Positions 1 to 12,500 of a stretch of 64,000 nt of DNA are shown in pieces (the stretch's first letter is position 1; every line of letters begins with the position of its first letter). The notes under the pieces were generated by a model. The model was not told where the DNA came from. It saw only the letters and a program-made list of their open reading frames with translations, and did no database searches. The position numbers were made by a program, and so were the translations under genes. Source of the DNA: Lingula anatina (taxonomy: Eukaryota; Animalia; Brachiopoda); assembly GCA_051362555.1 (NCBI GenBank), contig CM120640.1:64644788-64708787 (forward strand), read 5' to 3'.

Positions 1-1200
1 ATAATGTTTGCAGTAGCAGTGCAAAAAGATTGTCAATTTTGATGTAACATTACATAATAAATTAGAGAATAATTATCACCAATTTTTGTTTATTGACTAT
101 AAATAGGATGGACATGTAGAAAATATGATTACCATTTGGCTTCATGTCCATGGGAGCTCCGAGTCCCATAATGAATATGCCAAAAAAGATAATGAATATA
201 ACACTAAAATGTATAACTTCCAGAAAAAGAAGCCAATTAGACTGCTTTTCTAACTCAGGCTGCATTTTAGTCCTGTGTTTCTTTTTTGAAAGTTTGACAG
301 TCATAAGTAACACGGTTTTTCCATAATGATCATCAAGGCAGCAGCACCAAAAATTGTGTTTTCTGCTATTTTGATGCAACATTACATAATGCTTAACAGC
401 ATAATGACCATCGATTTTTTAATAATAAAATATAAGTGTCATGGATTTTCACAAAATGTGACTAGCACGGGTCTTCAAGCCCGTGGAGGTTCTAAGTCGC
501 ACCTTGGAAATGCCAATATGTGAAAAATTAAATTTTCACAAAAAACTGTTTAATTGCCAGAAAAAATTACCAAACAGTATGCATTGCCAACTGAAGCTGT
601 ATTTTAGACCCATGTTTCTTTCCTGTAAGTTTGAGAACAGTAATTGACATGATTTTTGTTAAATGGTCATCATGGGAGCAGTGCCCAAAATAGGGGTTTC
701 TTCAAATTTTGATGCAACATTACATAATGTTTAACAGCATAATGACCATCAATTTTTAATTATAAAATATTAGTATCACGGATATTCAGGAAATGTGACA
801 AGCAAAGGTCTTCAGGATCATGGAACTTCAAAGTCACACCTTGAAAATGCCAATAAGTGAAAAATTAAATTTTCACAAAAAACTGTTTAATTGCCAGAAA
901 AATTTACCAAACAGACTGCATTGCCTACTGGAGCTGTATTTTAGTCCCATGTTTCTTTCCTGTAAGTTTGAGAATAGTAAGTGACATGATTTTCCTTAAA
1001 TGGTCATCATGGGAGCAGTGCCCAAAATAGGGGTTTCTTCAAAATTTCATGCAATATTACATAATGTTTTACAGCATAATGACCATCAATTTTTAATTAT
1101 AAAATATTAGTATCATGGTTATTCAGAAAATGTGACTAGCAAAAGCCTTCAGGCCCATGGAACTTCAAAGTCACATATTGAAAATGCCAAAATGTAAACA
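1..1200. repeat. Tandem array, unit about 335 bp, about 3.5 copies
   Basis: TTTTGATG(C/T)AACATTACATAAT-like anchor at about 37, 369, 707 and 1045; GTGAAAAATTAAATTTTCACAAAAAACTG at about 520 and 857. The first copy is more diverged. Confidence 0.9.
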
Positions 1201-1594
1201 ATACAGCACTGTTCTGAAATGGGTTTATTTCCATTTTTAACACTTTTTAAACATAAAACAAAATAAACAGTTTACTGCCATTTTTATATGACCAATGAAG
1301 AAAATTGATGAGATGGGAAAAGTATCAACAGAACAGTTTTAAATGCCCAACTTCCTCCATTCTGAGATTCTGAACATAGTGGATGAATGCATCTGACAAA
1401 CTGCAATGATATGAGTTTATTTCCATTTTTGACACTTTATTACACAATACATGATAACAAGTTTACCATCATTTTTACAAAATCAACTAACAATGTTGTA
1501 AAGATGCAGGAAATGCCAAACAAACACATTTACGTATCTTATTAGTTCAATAATGAGACTGTTAACATGCCTAAGAATTGAATGTGAGGAAATG

Positions 1595-2548
1595 TGAAAA
1601 AACAGCATTACCTTTTAAAATAATGGACTGATTATGCTGATTTTCAAACTCAACCTGCGTTTTAGTAAGATTGGCCCCTCCTGTGAGTATAATGACAATT
1701 GGCCAATCTGTTTTTCTTATATTGTGTTATCAGTGTTGCATATATACTGAAAAAAGTGAAAAAAAAAACAGCATAAATTCCCTATAAGTGACCCGATCGT
1801 GCTGATTTTCGAATTTGACCTGCGAATTATGAATATTTATCAGTTCTGTAAGTTTCAAGCCAAAGGGTAAAACAGCTCTTCATTTATTGTGTTATCAGTG
1901 TTGCAAAAATGCTGAAAAAAAGTGAAAAAATAGCCTAAATTCACTAAAAATGACCCAATCATGCTGATTTTCGAACTTGACCTGCGTATTATGAATATTC
2001 ATCAGTTCTGTAGGTTTCAAGCCAAAAGGTCAAATGGTTTTCCATTTATGGTGTTATCGGTGCTGCATATATGCTGAAAAAAGAGAATAAAAAATAGCCT
2101 AAATTCACTAAAAATGACCCAATCACGCTGATTTTCGAACTTGACCTGCGTATTATGTATATTCATCAGTTCTGTAAGTTTCAAGCCAAAAGGTAAAATG
2201 GTTTTCCACTTATCGTGTTATCGGTGCTGCATATATGCTGAAAAAAGTGAAAAAACAGCATAAATTCCCTATAAGTGACCCGATCATGCTGATTTTCGAA
2301 CTCGACCTGCGTATTATGAATATTCATCAGTACTGTAAGTTTCAAGCCAAAAGGTACAATGGTTTTCCACTTATCGTGTTATCGGTGCTGCATATATGTT
2401 GAAAAAAGTGAAAAAACAGCATAAATTCCCTAAGAGTGACCCGATCATGCCGATTTTCGAACTTGACCTGCGTATTATGAATATTCATCAGTTCTGCAAG
2501 TTTCAAATCAAAAGGCAAAATGGTTTTCCACTTATCGTGTTATCGGTA
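1595..2548. repeat. Tandem array, unit about 162 bp, about 6 copies
   Basis: GCTGATTTTC(G/A)AA(C/T)T..ACCTGCG anchor at about 1636, 1801, 1963, 2127, 2288 and 2448; copies become more similar toward the 3' end. Confidence 0.95.
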
Positions 2549-3564
2549 AAAGTGCACGGCGACGGCGACGACGGCGACGACGGCGACAGCGACGACGGCG
2601 ACGACAGACGCAGATGATGGCTATATGTACAGACACATCTGTGTCTGTACATAAAAAAGATGAAATCAAAATCTCTATCATTATCAAAGCTACAAATTGC
2701 TACATTAAAAACGGTGTATAATGTAACTTCTATCCCTTACACTGGCATTATGCTATATAAGAGATCATGAATAATTTTCTCAAAAAATACAAGGTATAAA
2801 AATCATACTTTCTAATGTTCAACTTAAGTGTTCTCCTTCAAAGTGATAACTATAGGTACAGAATTTCAGCTTAGTGCAGCATCAATTTAGATCATCTGAT
2901 TGATATAATTGAAGAACCAGGTAACACACCGTTATCAGAAGAAAATCCACATATATTCCATTGGACGTCTTTCCTGGTATATGAATGTGTATGGGTCCAA
3001 GCCTTCCGTATCAACCAAGTAGCCAAAATTGTACAACAATGAGCACTTGATAACCATCCACTTTCTCTTTTATGACTGACACCAGAATAATTCAACTACT
3101 TACAATGTTTGATATCTTTTATCCTGATAGTCCTTAATAAAGCTGGCAGTTAATTTTAATTCTAACACTGATGGCTTGCCTTCAAAAATGTTATTGTAAA
3201 AAACTCATTTTTTTCCAAGACATATTACACCACTTTACTGGTAGTTTTGTGCCTGTGAGAACCTAGTGAACTAGATGGGAAAGAATTTGTACTGAATGAA
3301 CTAAATAACCACTTTTAGCATTTTCTGTCAGAACTCTTGGCACCATGAAACAACAAAGAGTAAACGGTTTGGATAGTCCTCCATGTTAAAGAAAGGTATT
3401 CTTTGTCTAGACAAAATCAACACCTCACCAACTTATTTATATAACAAGCTGTCTTTAAGGAAATCCACTTTCATTTATTTGATTTCTAAGCATATTTTCA
3501 GATATGTCTCAGGGAAAGTTACTTCTAAATCTTCTTTGAACTTGACAGTCTGAAGAGATCCCTA

Positions 3565-6500
3565 TTATGATTTTTTCAGTCTTCTTGCTGCTCTCTTTAT
3601 AGTCCTCCCTCTTGTGACATTAGAGTTAGCACTGAATGGGTTGTCTGGAGTTGGACCAGTAGCACTAGAAAGTTATCAAATAATAGCTGGTATTATGAGC
3701 TATGTTATTTCAGAAATCATAGTGCAGCCATAATCCATTTTATTTCTATACATCAAAATCATAATTTGTGTACAATTAATATCAATGAATAGAGTTAAGA
3801 AAAAATAAAATGAACATATTGAAGATGAAACCAACTTCTCTTCGTAAAACAAATAGAAAGGTACTGATATGAAGCAATAATCAAACCATTCCCACAAGCT
3901 GATGGATATATTAATACCTTTACATAACATCTTTAGATATTTACCCGAATCCTGAAAATTGGGCCTGTGAGCCTGAAAAGTTGAAAGAAGGTGTGGCACT
4001 AAAGCTGGTGGCCTGGGAGGCACCAAAGTTAGTGTTGGGGGTGGCACTGAAGTTGAAGCCTGCGGGGTTTCCTGAACCAAATGTCGATCCACTGCTGCCA
4101 TCTGCTGGTTTACTCTGAAATAACGCCACCAGAACTTGCATAGTTATGAATATAACAATGATGACATTGGACTATGATAACTTATTACCTAAGAAACAGA
4201 TTATGTTTCTTGCATATAAAAAACTAATACCTGCAATTCATCCAAAATGTTTCCAATATCTATTAAAAAAAACCAAATTCCACAAAATCAGACAAAACTA
4301 TAACATATATATATACTGATACAGGTTAAATCAGACTACCTCCTGTGGTTTAGCACCAAATGCAAAGATCTCCCCTGTCCCAGTGCTGGCTCCTGGAGCA
4401 GTGGTCTGGCCAAACTGGAAGCTGGGGGTCGTGCTGAAGGGTGCTGTTAAAAAAAAAGTTAAGTACACAATCTGATTACACTGATATAATGATAAAACTG
4501 CAAAAATCAAAGTGCTGAAAGCAAAACTGAAACTTAATGTGACTTGAGTCTGTCAAAAAGACAAAAGGTACCCCCTTTATTTACATTCAAACAAACAACA
4601 TAAAAATTCAAGTGAAGCATTGTAACTCTTGTTGTTCACAGAACACTGGTGCAATTGAAAAACAAACTTTGTAGTCCACAGATCTTCACCAGTTTAAAAC
4701 TACTACATCAACCAAAAGCCAAAGCTTACCAGGACCAGTCCCGGTGGCACCAGGTCCAGTAGAACCAAAACCAGAAGCAAATACAGGTGCCCCAGTATTC
4801 TTGGTACTATCACTGCCAGCACCACCACTTCCAAAGGCTTGTGTGGACCCAAAAGTGCCCCCAAACCCTGAGAAGGCGGGCGTGCTGCTCCCAAATACTG
4901 AACCAGTGGTACTAGCTGAAGTTGTTGCCGTCGAGGCTCCAAATGTCGATGGAGCTCCTGCACCAAACACTGGAGCCGTGGTGCCAAAACCTGATGATGG
5001 TGCTCCTTGGGTACCAAAGGATGGGGTGGTGGATGGGGTGCTGAACAGGCTAGAGGGTGCAGTAGAACTGCTGCCAAAGAGTGGGAGGGGAGCAGATGAG
5101 GTGACAGATGTGTTGCCTCCACTACCAAATGCTACAGTTGAGCCAAAGAGTGATGGCGCTGATGTGGCGCTTGTTGTTGATGTTGTTGTTGAAGCAGTGA
5201 ACCCTCCTAATGCTGGGGCTTGAGTAACTGAGGCTGCTGCAAAGGTAAAGATTTTGAACTTATTTCTGTTTGACTGATATCTTCACCAACCCCAGTCTAA
5301 ATAGATGTCATACCATTAGTTACAAAAATCATACCCGTGACCATGAGTCATCAAAATTAAAAAATAACTAAGCCAGTTACCTACCTGGAAAACTGATTGT
5401 GGGAGCTACTGCACCAGTAGGCTTGATGCTCCCAAATGCAAGTTTTTTCCCTGATATTTCATCCTCTGGAAATTAATTAGACATCTTATTAATCATAAAT
5501 TGTTCTCTATTTCTCAAATGAAATTTGGACATTTTTCATCAGCTTAGGGATTGTTGATTGATACATCTTTTTTTCCAATAATTCAATCCAAAAAAGTTAA
5601 ACAAAACACCAGTACCAATATAAAGAAATCAAGCCCCCACGCCCCTCCCCATGCCAGTCCACAGCCAACCTAGTCAGCATATCAGCTGAATATTTACATA
5701 AGACAGGAATTACATCGTACCATCTTCATGTCCCCTTTTCAAAGGTGAAGACTTCTCCTTTGCACCAAATCCCCCACTAGAGGGTGCTGTCTGTCCAAAA
5801 GTGATATTTCCAGTAGATTTTGTCTCATCAGGCTTTGCACCAAAGGTAAAAGCAGCTGCACCACTGGTGTCTGTATTACCAAAGCTAAAACCTGATGATG
5901 TTGGCTTTGTTGTGTCACCTTTGCCTATTATACAAAATAAAACAAGCATGAGGACTTTTTCATGTAAGATAACGAGGACTATTAATTTGAAAGTTAACTT
6001 TGTTAGTTCTTTTTTTTTTTTTTTTTGTTCAGTGCATCAGTTAAATAAATCAAAAAAGAATGTTACTATTAGTCACAATTTCATAGTCCAATTTGTAAAA
6101 TGTTTTCAAACAATAATATATACTAGCAATGAAAGAATGCAGATCATAATTTACAGCATGCTACAAAGGAATGAAAAGCATTGTGCTCCTATAGTATACC
6201 TATTCCAGCTCCCACAGCAAACCCAGATGAAGGTACAGAAGTGGCTGGGAAGGGATTCGTCGTTAGGTCTGTTGAGTTCACTGAAGGTTTTGGTGCCCCA
6301 AAACTAAACCCTCCTGCTGCTGAAGTGACAGCATTGGACACTGATTGAGTACTTTCTCCAGGCTTGCTCCCAAAGCTGAAACCTCCCATAGTAGCTGTAG
6401 TTGTGGTGGTGCCTGGGGGATTGGCACCAAACTTAAACCCCCCAGGAACAGACGTCTCAGCCCCAGACTGTTCTTTTTTACTGTCAACAGACTTGTCATT

Positions 6501-9500
6501 AGTTTGTCCAAATTTAAAACCACCAAAAGCTGCAGTGTTACTTGTTGATGTATTTACAGAATCACCACCAAATTTAAAACCACCACTTGATTTCTGTTCT
6601 TTCTTTTCTTCCGACTGCTTATCTGCGCCAGTCCCAAATTTGATTCCTGTACCGACCGTCTTGTCTTGAAAACCAAACTTAATATCACCAGTATTACCAA
6701 CTTCTTGAACTCCAAATTTAAATCCTGTTGCATTAGTGGCTGTTGATGTGGTCTGGGTGCCAAATGTAAATCCTGATGTCTTGTTGTCCCCAGATGTGGT
6801 TTTATCAAACTGAAATCCACTACCAGTGCCAAATTTGAATCCCCCTTTCATTCCGGATCCTGTAAACCCTGGAAAAACCAGATTAGATTTATTTCAAAAT
6901 ACAGGATGTTTGGAGTGTTAATTTTCTTCAGGTTTAGCTTTCAGACATAGTATAGCTGAATTTATCTTTTAAATGTTAAATTATTCAAAACACCAATAGA
7001 TGATTCACAGTGTTATTCTGTATTCAAATCGACTCAAACACTTTCCCAGGCACCTGAAGGACTTGCTGAAAGGGAATAACTGAGGAAGAAATAACATAAA
7101 TTTAATAACATTTACTTGACAGTCTGTCTCAAAAACTCTTTAAACAATCCATCTTACAGGTTACTGTGGTCTAGGTATCTACTGGCCCCCAGTAGAAACC
7201 ATGTCCAGTAAATAAATAAATCTACAAAATGTTACTTTCATAATAATTTGGGATTCAGTTGTTTCTGGCATGGGGCGTGAAACCATTTTTAATCCTACAG
7301 ACTGTGCTTCCACTAGCTGACTACAGTAATACCATGGTCATTACCTGCTGTGGGCTGTAGCCCTGGCTTGGGGGCCTCACATGCAGCACATTTCACTGCC
7401 TCTGGCTTGTTTTGAACCATGCACAAATCACACTCCCAGGACCCTGTGGATTTCTTGAATATGGATGATAATGGTGGCCCAGTAGGCTTGGGAATCTTAA
7501 ATCATAATAAATAGCCTTTTAATGGCTATGTCAGTTCAAACATGGGAAACATGGGAATATTTATTATTCAAATCTCATGATTCACAATATAATCAAAGTT
7601 GAGAGCCTAAGAACCATGTGTAAAGAACTGTAGTTGATTCTATCATACATAAGCATTTCATCATAATCAAATTGTTTAGCATGCTACAATCTACCAAATT
7701 GAATCTAGCACAGCAGTTTTGGGGAAATTTGATGGAGTTGAAAAAAGTTACAGTTGCTTTTAAATTAACTATTGAAACAGACCAGGAAAATACCCTACAT
7801 TGCCACATCTCGTCAAGATATCAGAATTCATATACTTATAAATATTATAAGTTCTCACCTCTGGTTCTTTAACAGAGGGCGTCTTAGCACCATTTGGATT
7901 TGGCGTCTGACAGGCAACACAAGAGGAGGCATCAGGTTTATTCATCACCATACACGTACCACACTCCCAGCTCCCTTCTGGCTTCTTGAACAGACTCCCT
8001 AAACTATTTTTTATAGGAGGTACAGAGGGACAAGTGTCTGTTTTTGAGCTTGGGGTTGTTGTTGTAGAGCTGTTGGTGGGGAGACCAGGTTTGACTGTCC
8101 CACAAGCAGCACACTCCATAGCTGAATCCTTGTTCCTGACCAAGCAAGTGCTACATTCCCAAGCTCCAGGAGCAGCCTTGAATTTATCTGCTAAACTTCC
8201 CCAGCTGCTGACTGTATTAGGTGCTGGGGCTGAACTTACAGAGGTAGTGGTGCTGGACCCTGCGATGAAATAAATAAATAAATACCACTTTTGCAGTAAA
8301 ATCTAGTTTAGCAGACAACTTCGCATATCCTGTCCAGCTGATAACATTGCACATAATTCTTATCCCAAAGTGAACATCATTTAAAAATAGATGACACTTA
8401 TAATGAATTTCATGGGGGTAAATTAAATGCAAACAAAAAAAATCCATTTTGCTACATACTGCATAAAAACCATATCCAATTGTATTAATTTTTAACAATA
8501 TTCTGGTATTAATTGAAAAGGAGTAAAAAGTCAATTACTCTGACTAGAAGTTACCTGGCTTGGCAGACTGACAGGCTGCACACTTGCTGTCACTAGCTTT
8601 ATTCCTCACCATACACGAGTCACACTCCCAGCTGCCTGCTGCAGGCTTGAACTTATCTCCAAACCCAACTAATGTGCTAGATGATTGTGACACTTCTGGG
8701 GCTGAAAAACCAGAACTTGATAACATGACTCATTTGTGACTCACTTCAGTGCTTCTCTAGAAATTCACTAGACACCTCATAAATCATCGCCATATAACGC
8801 TTATCATTGTTTGTCTCAAACAAATCTTGTAATAAGATTTTTCCCCTTGTTATAAGTTGAAACTGCAATGAACAATCAACTTTGCCCAACTCAAATCTAC
8901 AGGAATCTTGAACAAATTTTTCTAGTCCCAAATACGTGTCTATATTATGTGAGTCTACTGCACCTGCTGTCAAAATACTCATTACACAAAAGAACATGAC
9001 TCAAAATCAACAGAAACTGAAACATGCAACATGATGTTAAGATCATCATATACAAAAATCCAGTTGCAAATCACCTCACCTTTACCCAGTATGTCCATGA
9101 CACTGCCCTGTTTTAGTGAAGATGCTGGGGCTATTCCAGTCCCTGGTGAAGACTTGGCATCTGTAGTTGTTGTTGTTGTTCCCTTGCCCAGGATATCCAT
9201 AACACTACCGCTCTTCAACTCTTTTGCTGGCTTAAAGGCAAAGCCATCTGAAATTGGAAAGATCTGATTGTCATCTGTTGATTTTTTGTCATTAGCACTC
9301 CAGTATATCAAAACTTAACATCAGTAAGGAGAAAACAGCGAGGGATTGAGTTGTTGTTGCCTGCATCAACAACTGAAACATCAACTTTCACAATCATTTA
9401 TATATTCATTAGTAAAAGGGAATGGGAACTAAAAATTGTAAGATACAAGAATAATATTGCCTATTGATTCTCTCAATTTTTGAACATTTCATACAAAATC

Positions 9501-12500
9501 TTAATACTATAATACTTTACTAAACAAACACATACAAAAGAAAGAAAAGAGTAGAACAATTCTCATCCTTATAAAAAGCGATTGTTTACCTTCCTCAGGT
9601 TCAGATTTATTAGCTTTTGGCTTAGGTTTGGGTGCTACAGGTGAAGCTGTGAACTTCATCTGCATTCCACCTGCAGGTGGCACAGAGCTCTGGCTTGAAG
9701 GTCCACTACCAAACCCAAATGTGGTCTGTGGTGCACCCTTTGATGAAGGAGCTGCACTTCCAAAGTTAAATTGCACAGAGTTGGAGTCCTTGTTTAATAC
9801 TGTGGATGCTGCGGTTGCTGTTGAGGTGGAGGTAAACTGGATTGCAGTGGCCACGCTCGAGGAGGTGGGGGCACCTGTGGTCTTGCTGGACTCTCCTATG
9901 GCTATAGGAGAACTGAACTTGAAATCCTGTAAAAATATTTTTTCTTTCTATTTACTTAACATACTTTAGTAAATCTATGCTATATCCTTTCTATTGCTTA
10001 AAGCAATAATCAAATTAAAGAGAAATTTGGAACTAAACATCATATTACACAGAACGATATCAAATTTTAAACAATGCACCTGTATTTGCTCAGCCAAAGC
10101 ACTTGCTGCTGCTACATTTTTTAAATCATTTTTTTTGGAATGTTTTTGATAAAGGTCTCCATGGCACCTGAAAAATATTTCTCAGTTCACAGGTCCAGTT
10201 CTAGAATATTATGGAACACTCCTGAGATAGTTTTTTTTCATATTCATCTCCCTGATACCCAATGCACTGTCCTTCAAAAAATCACCCCAGTGTGTCATAA
10301 TAACTTACCTGTTTGACAGGACTGAGTGACCCCTGGTGAGCCTCGGAGGAACTCTGGGGTATTGGGTTGGAAAAGGCGAACCCTGGGGTTGGTGAGCTGG
10401 CTATACTGCCATTGGCCTGAACAGGGGGCCCTTTGTCAGCGGAATTCACAGTGTTCCCTGTAGATCCCATGAAGTTAAACTTGGGCATACTGCTTACTGG
10501 TAATTTAAAGCTTGTCGGAAGGTCTGGTAAGACAACCTAAAAACAACACCACAAGTCTACTTCTTAGAAGTCACAGCACTTATCCATACTTGGCACTGCT
10601 AACTTTTTTAACATTCGATTCTGAAACACCTTAACTAGACTGAAGACTTTATTAAGTATAAGCACTTGTACCAAGCAGCATTGGTTAAAATCACTTAAAA
10701 AGGGTGATAATGTTCATGCCTACCTTTACGTAAAAGCAGTACAACTAACTAATAATCAAGAAGGAAAATATGAGATAGATCTGAGGCTAGAACAAAACCC
10801 GATACTTGCAAACTCTTCACATTCACTGAAATTCTGAACAAAGTGCAAGGATAGGGTATGGAAATGCCAATAAAGAAGTGGCCAAAAGGCCCTAATTAAA
10901 TTCCAATTTTTGAGCAATTATCCAAAATGAGCCGCATTCCACACTTTCTTATCACATAAAAAGAGAAAACCACCTAAAGCAAAGAATCTTTGCTTTTGTT
11001 ACATACTTGTTCCTCATCTTCGCCCTGCCTTGAGTAGTGACCTGCCCTTTCTCTCTTCATTTTACCACTGCTCTTACTGAGAGCTGGTTGTTGATCTGTA
11101 CTTCCAACCCTAGGCATAAATAGTAAACTAGTTATACTTATGACAGGGATGAAAAGGGGTACTTTCATTTAACATAATGAACATGCTTTGTTGTTGAACA
11201 AATGGTCATTAAAGAATTAATATCTACTTTTGAAAAACTAATTAAAAATAGCAACAGCAAAAAAGGAAACTGAACAGACAAGATAAAGTCCCTGATTTTG
11301 GACACACATCAATGACACCTCTCTATAAAGGCATAGTCCCTACTCTTACTTATACTCAGTTGATGTTCCAGCTTTCTCCTGTATTTTAGGTGCCGTCTCT
11401 GGAGGAGGGGGCTGTGGAAATGTTTGTCTGTTCTTGGCAATGGAGGCTGCTGATGGGGTGTTAAGCTTCATCACTGGTGGGGCCTGAATAACAGAATCAA
11501 AGAGATAAAATATTTATTTCCTACAAAAGAGTCCTGACAGGTCTATAATAAGTGTCAGCTTTTAGCCCTATCAGAAACTGAATCAACGTGGTCCACTGAT
11601 ACATTCTATTTCTGATACAATGCTTCTGTATAAATATGTGAAATGTGATTTTAAAATGAACATCAACATTGGGATTTTTATTCAAAATTACCTTCAGCTG
11701 ACTTCTACTGGTCAAGGAGTGATTTTGTTGATTTCGCCTCTGTCTGTAACTGGCCGGCTGCAATGCAATTAAAATATCAATAATAATTACACAATGTAAT
11801 TAAAGGGTTTATAATGATCATAAATGCGTAAGTACCTAAGTAACTACTTGACAAAAATCTCACATCATTTACTAAGAAAAACACCTGTAAGGTTGAACTC
11901 AATGTTTCTACTTCAAATGAAATAATGCTTACAGTGAAAGACAATGGAGAATCTGCAATACTGAGGGATGAAGCTGGAATCTTCTTGGCATCCTAGATAC
12001 ATCAAAAACTAAAAGTGAATATATTTCAAAGTGGCAAAAATTACACACCAGAACTCTACTTAAGATAATGTCTTTGATTTATGACTTCAATGCTGTATAC
12101 CTGCAAACAGTGTATGTCATTACATAAGGCAAACTCAAACACATCTAATTCTGTACGTTTTGCAAACTTTTCAAATCAAAACACAATGCATGGCAAAACT
12201 GGCATTACTTGAACAGTATTCAGAATGCATCAAAATATCAATTATCAGTTTTACACACATTTAGAGGTGTTGACATTCTCTCCAAAGTTTCCAAAATTTT
12301 CTTTGCAGTTGAACTGGTGACTCCTGTAGATGTATTGTTCAAAGGCTTGGCTTTCACCTGTCTTCTTAGAGGGGCAGCAGTCTGAAATGTTCACAAAGTA
12401 TACTTCAATCAATGACCAATGCCAAATATAAAAACTGCACAGGTAAAAATATGGAGATAAAAATATTTTGCATGTGATATTATACTACCACCATATAATT

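Larger units (their letters stand above)
1..2658 (+). mobile_element. 3' part of a non-autonomous Helentron-associated (HINE/DINE-1/Pearl-like) element with internal tandem arrays
   Basis: Modules occur in the order tandem core repeats, (GACGGC/GAC)n microsatellite 2556-2610, short spacer, perfect 14-bp-stem hairpin TATGTACAGACACA-TC-TGTGTCTGTACATA (2624-2653), then an A run (to 2658). This is the established layout of HINE/Pearl-type elements. The 5' end is probably outside the window. Confidence 0.75.

Noticed and set aside
1595-2548. Regular repeat array considered as CRISPR-like
   Set aside because: Whole 162-bp units are repeated with no unique spacers; eukaryotic context; explained by the HINE-type element.
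2396-2617. 73-aa ORF ending in GDD repeats
   Set aside because: It is a translation of the tandem repeat unit and the GACGGC microsatellite.
4744-9969. Several + strand ORFs (for example 4744-5223, 6364-6669, 7986-8273, 9628-9969)
   Set aside because: Antisense shadows of Nup153 exons; similar shadows over VGAT, the cGLR and KCNE-like B were also ignored.
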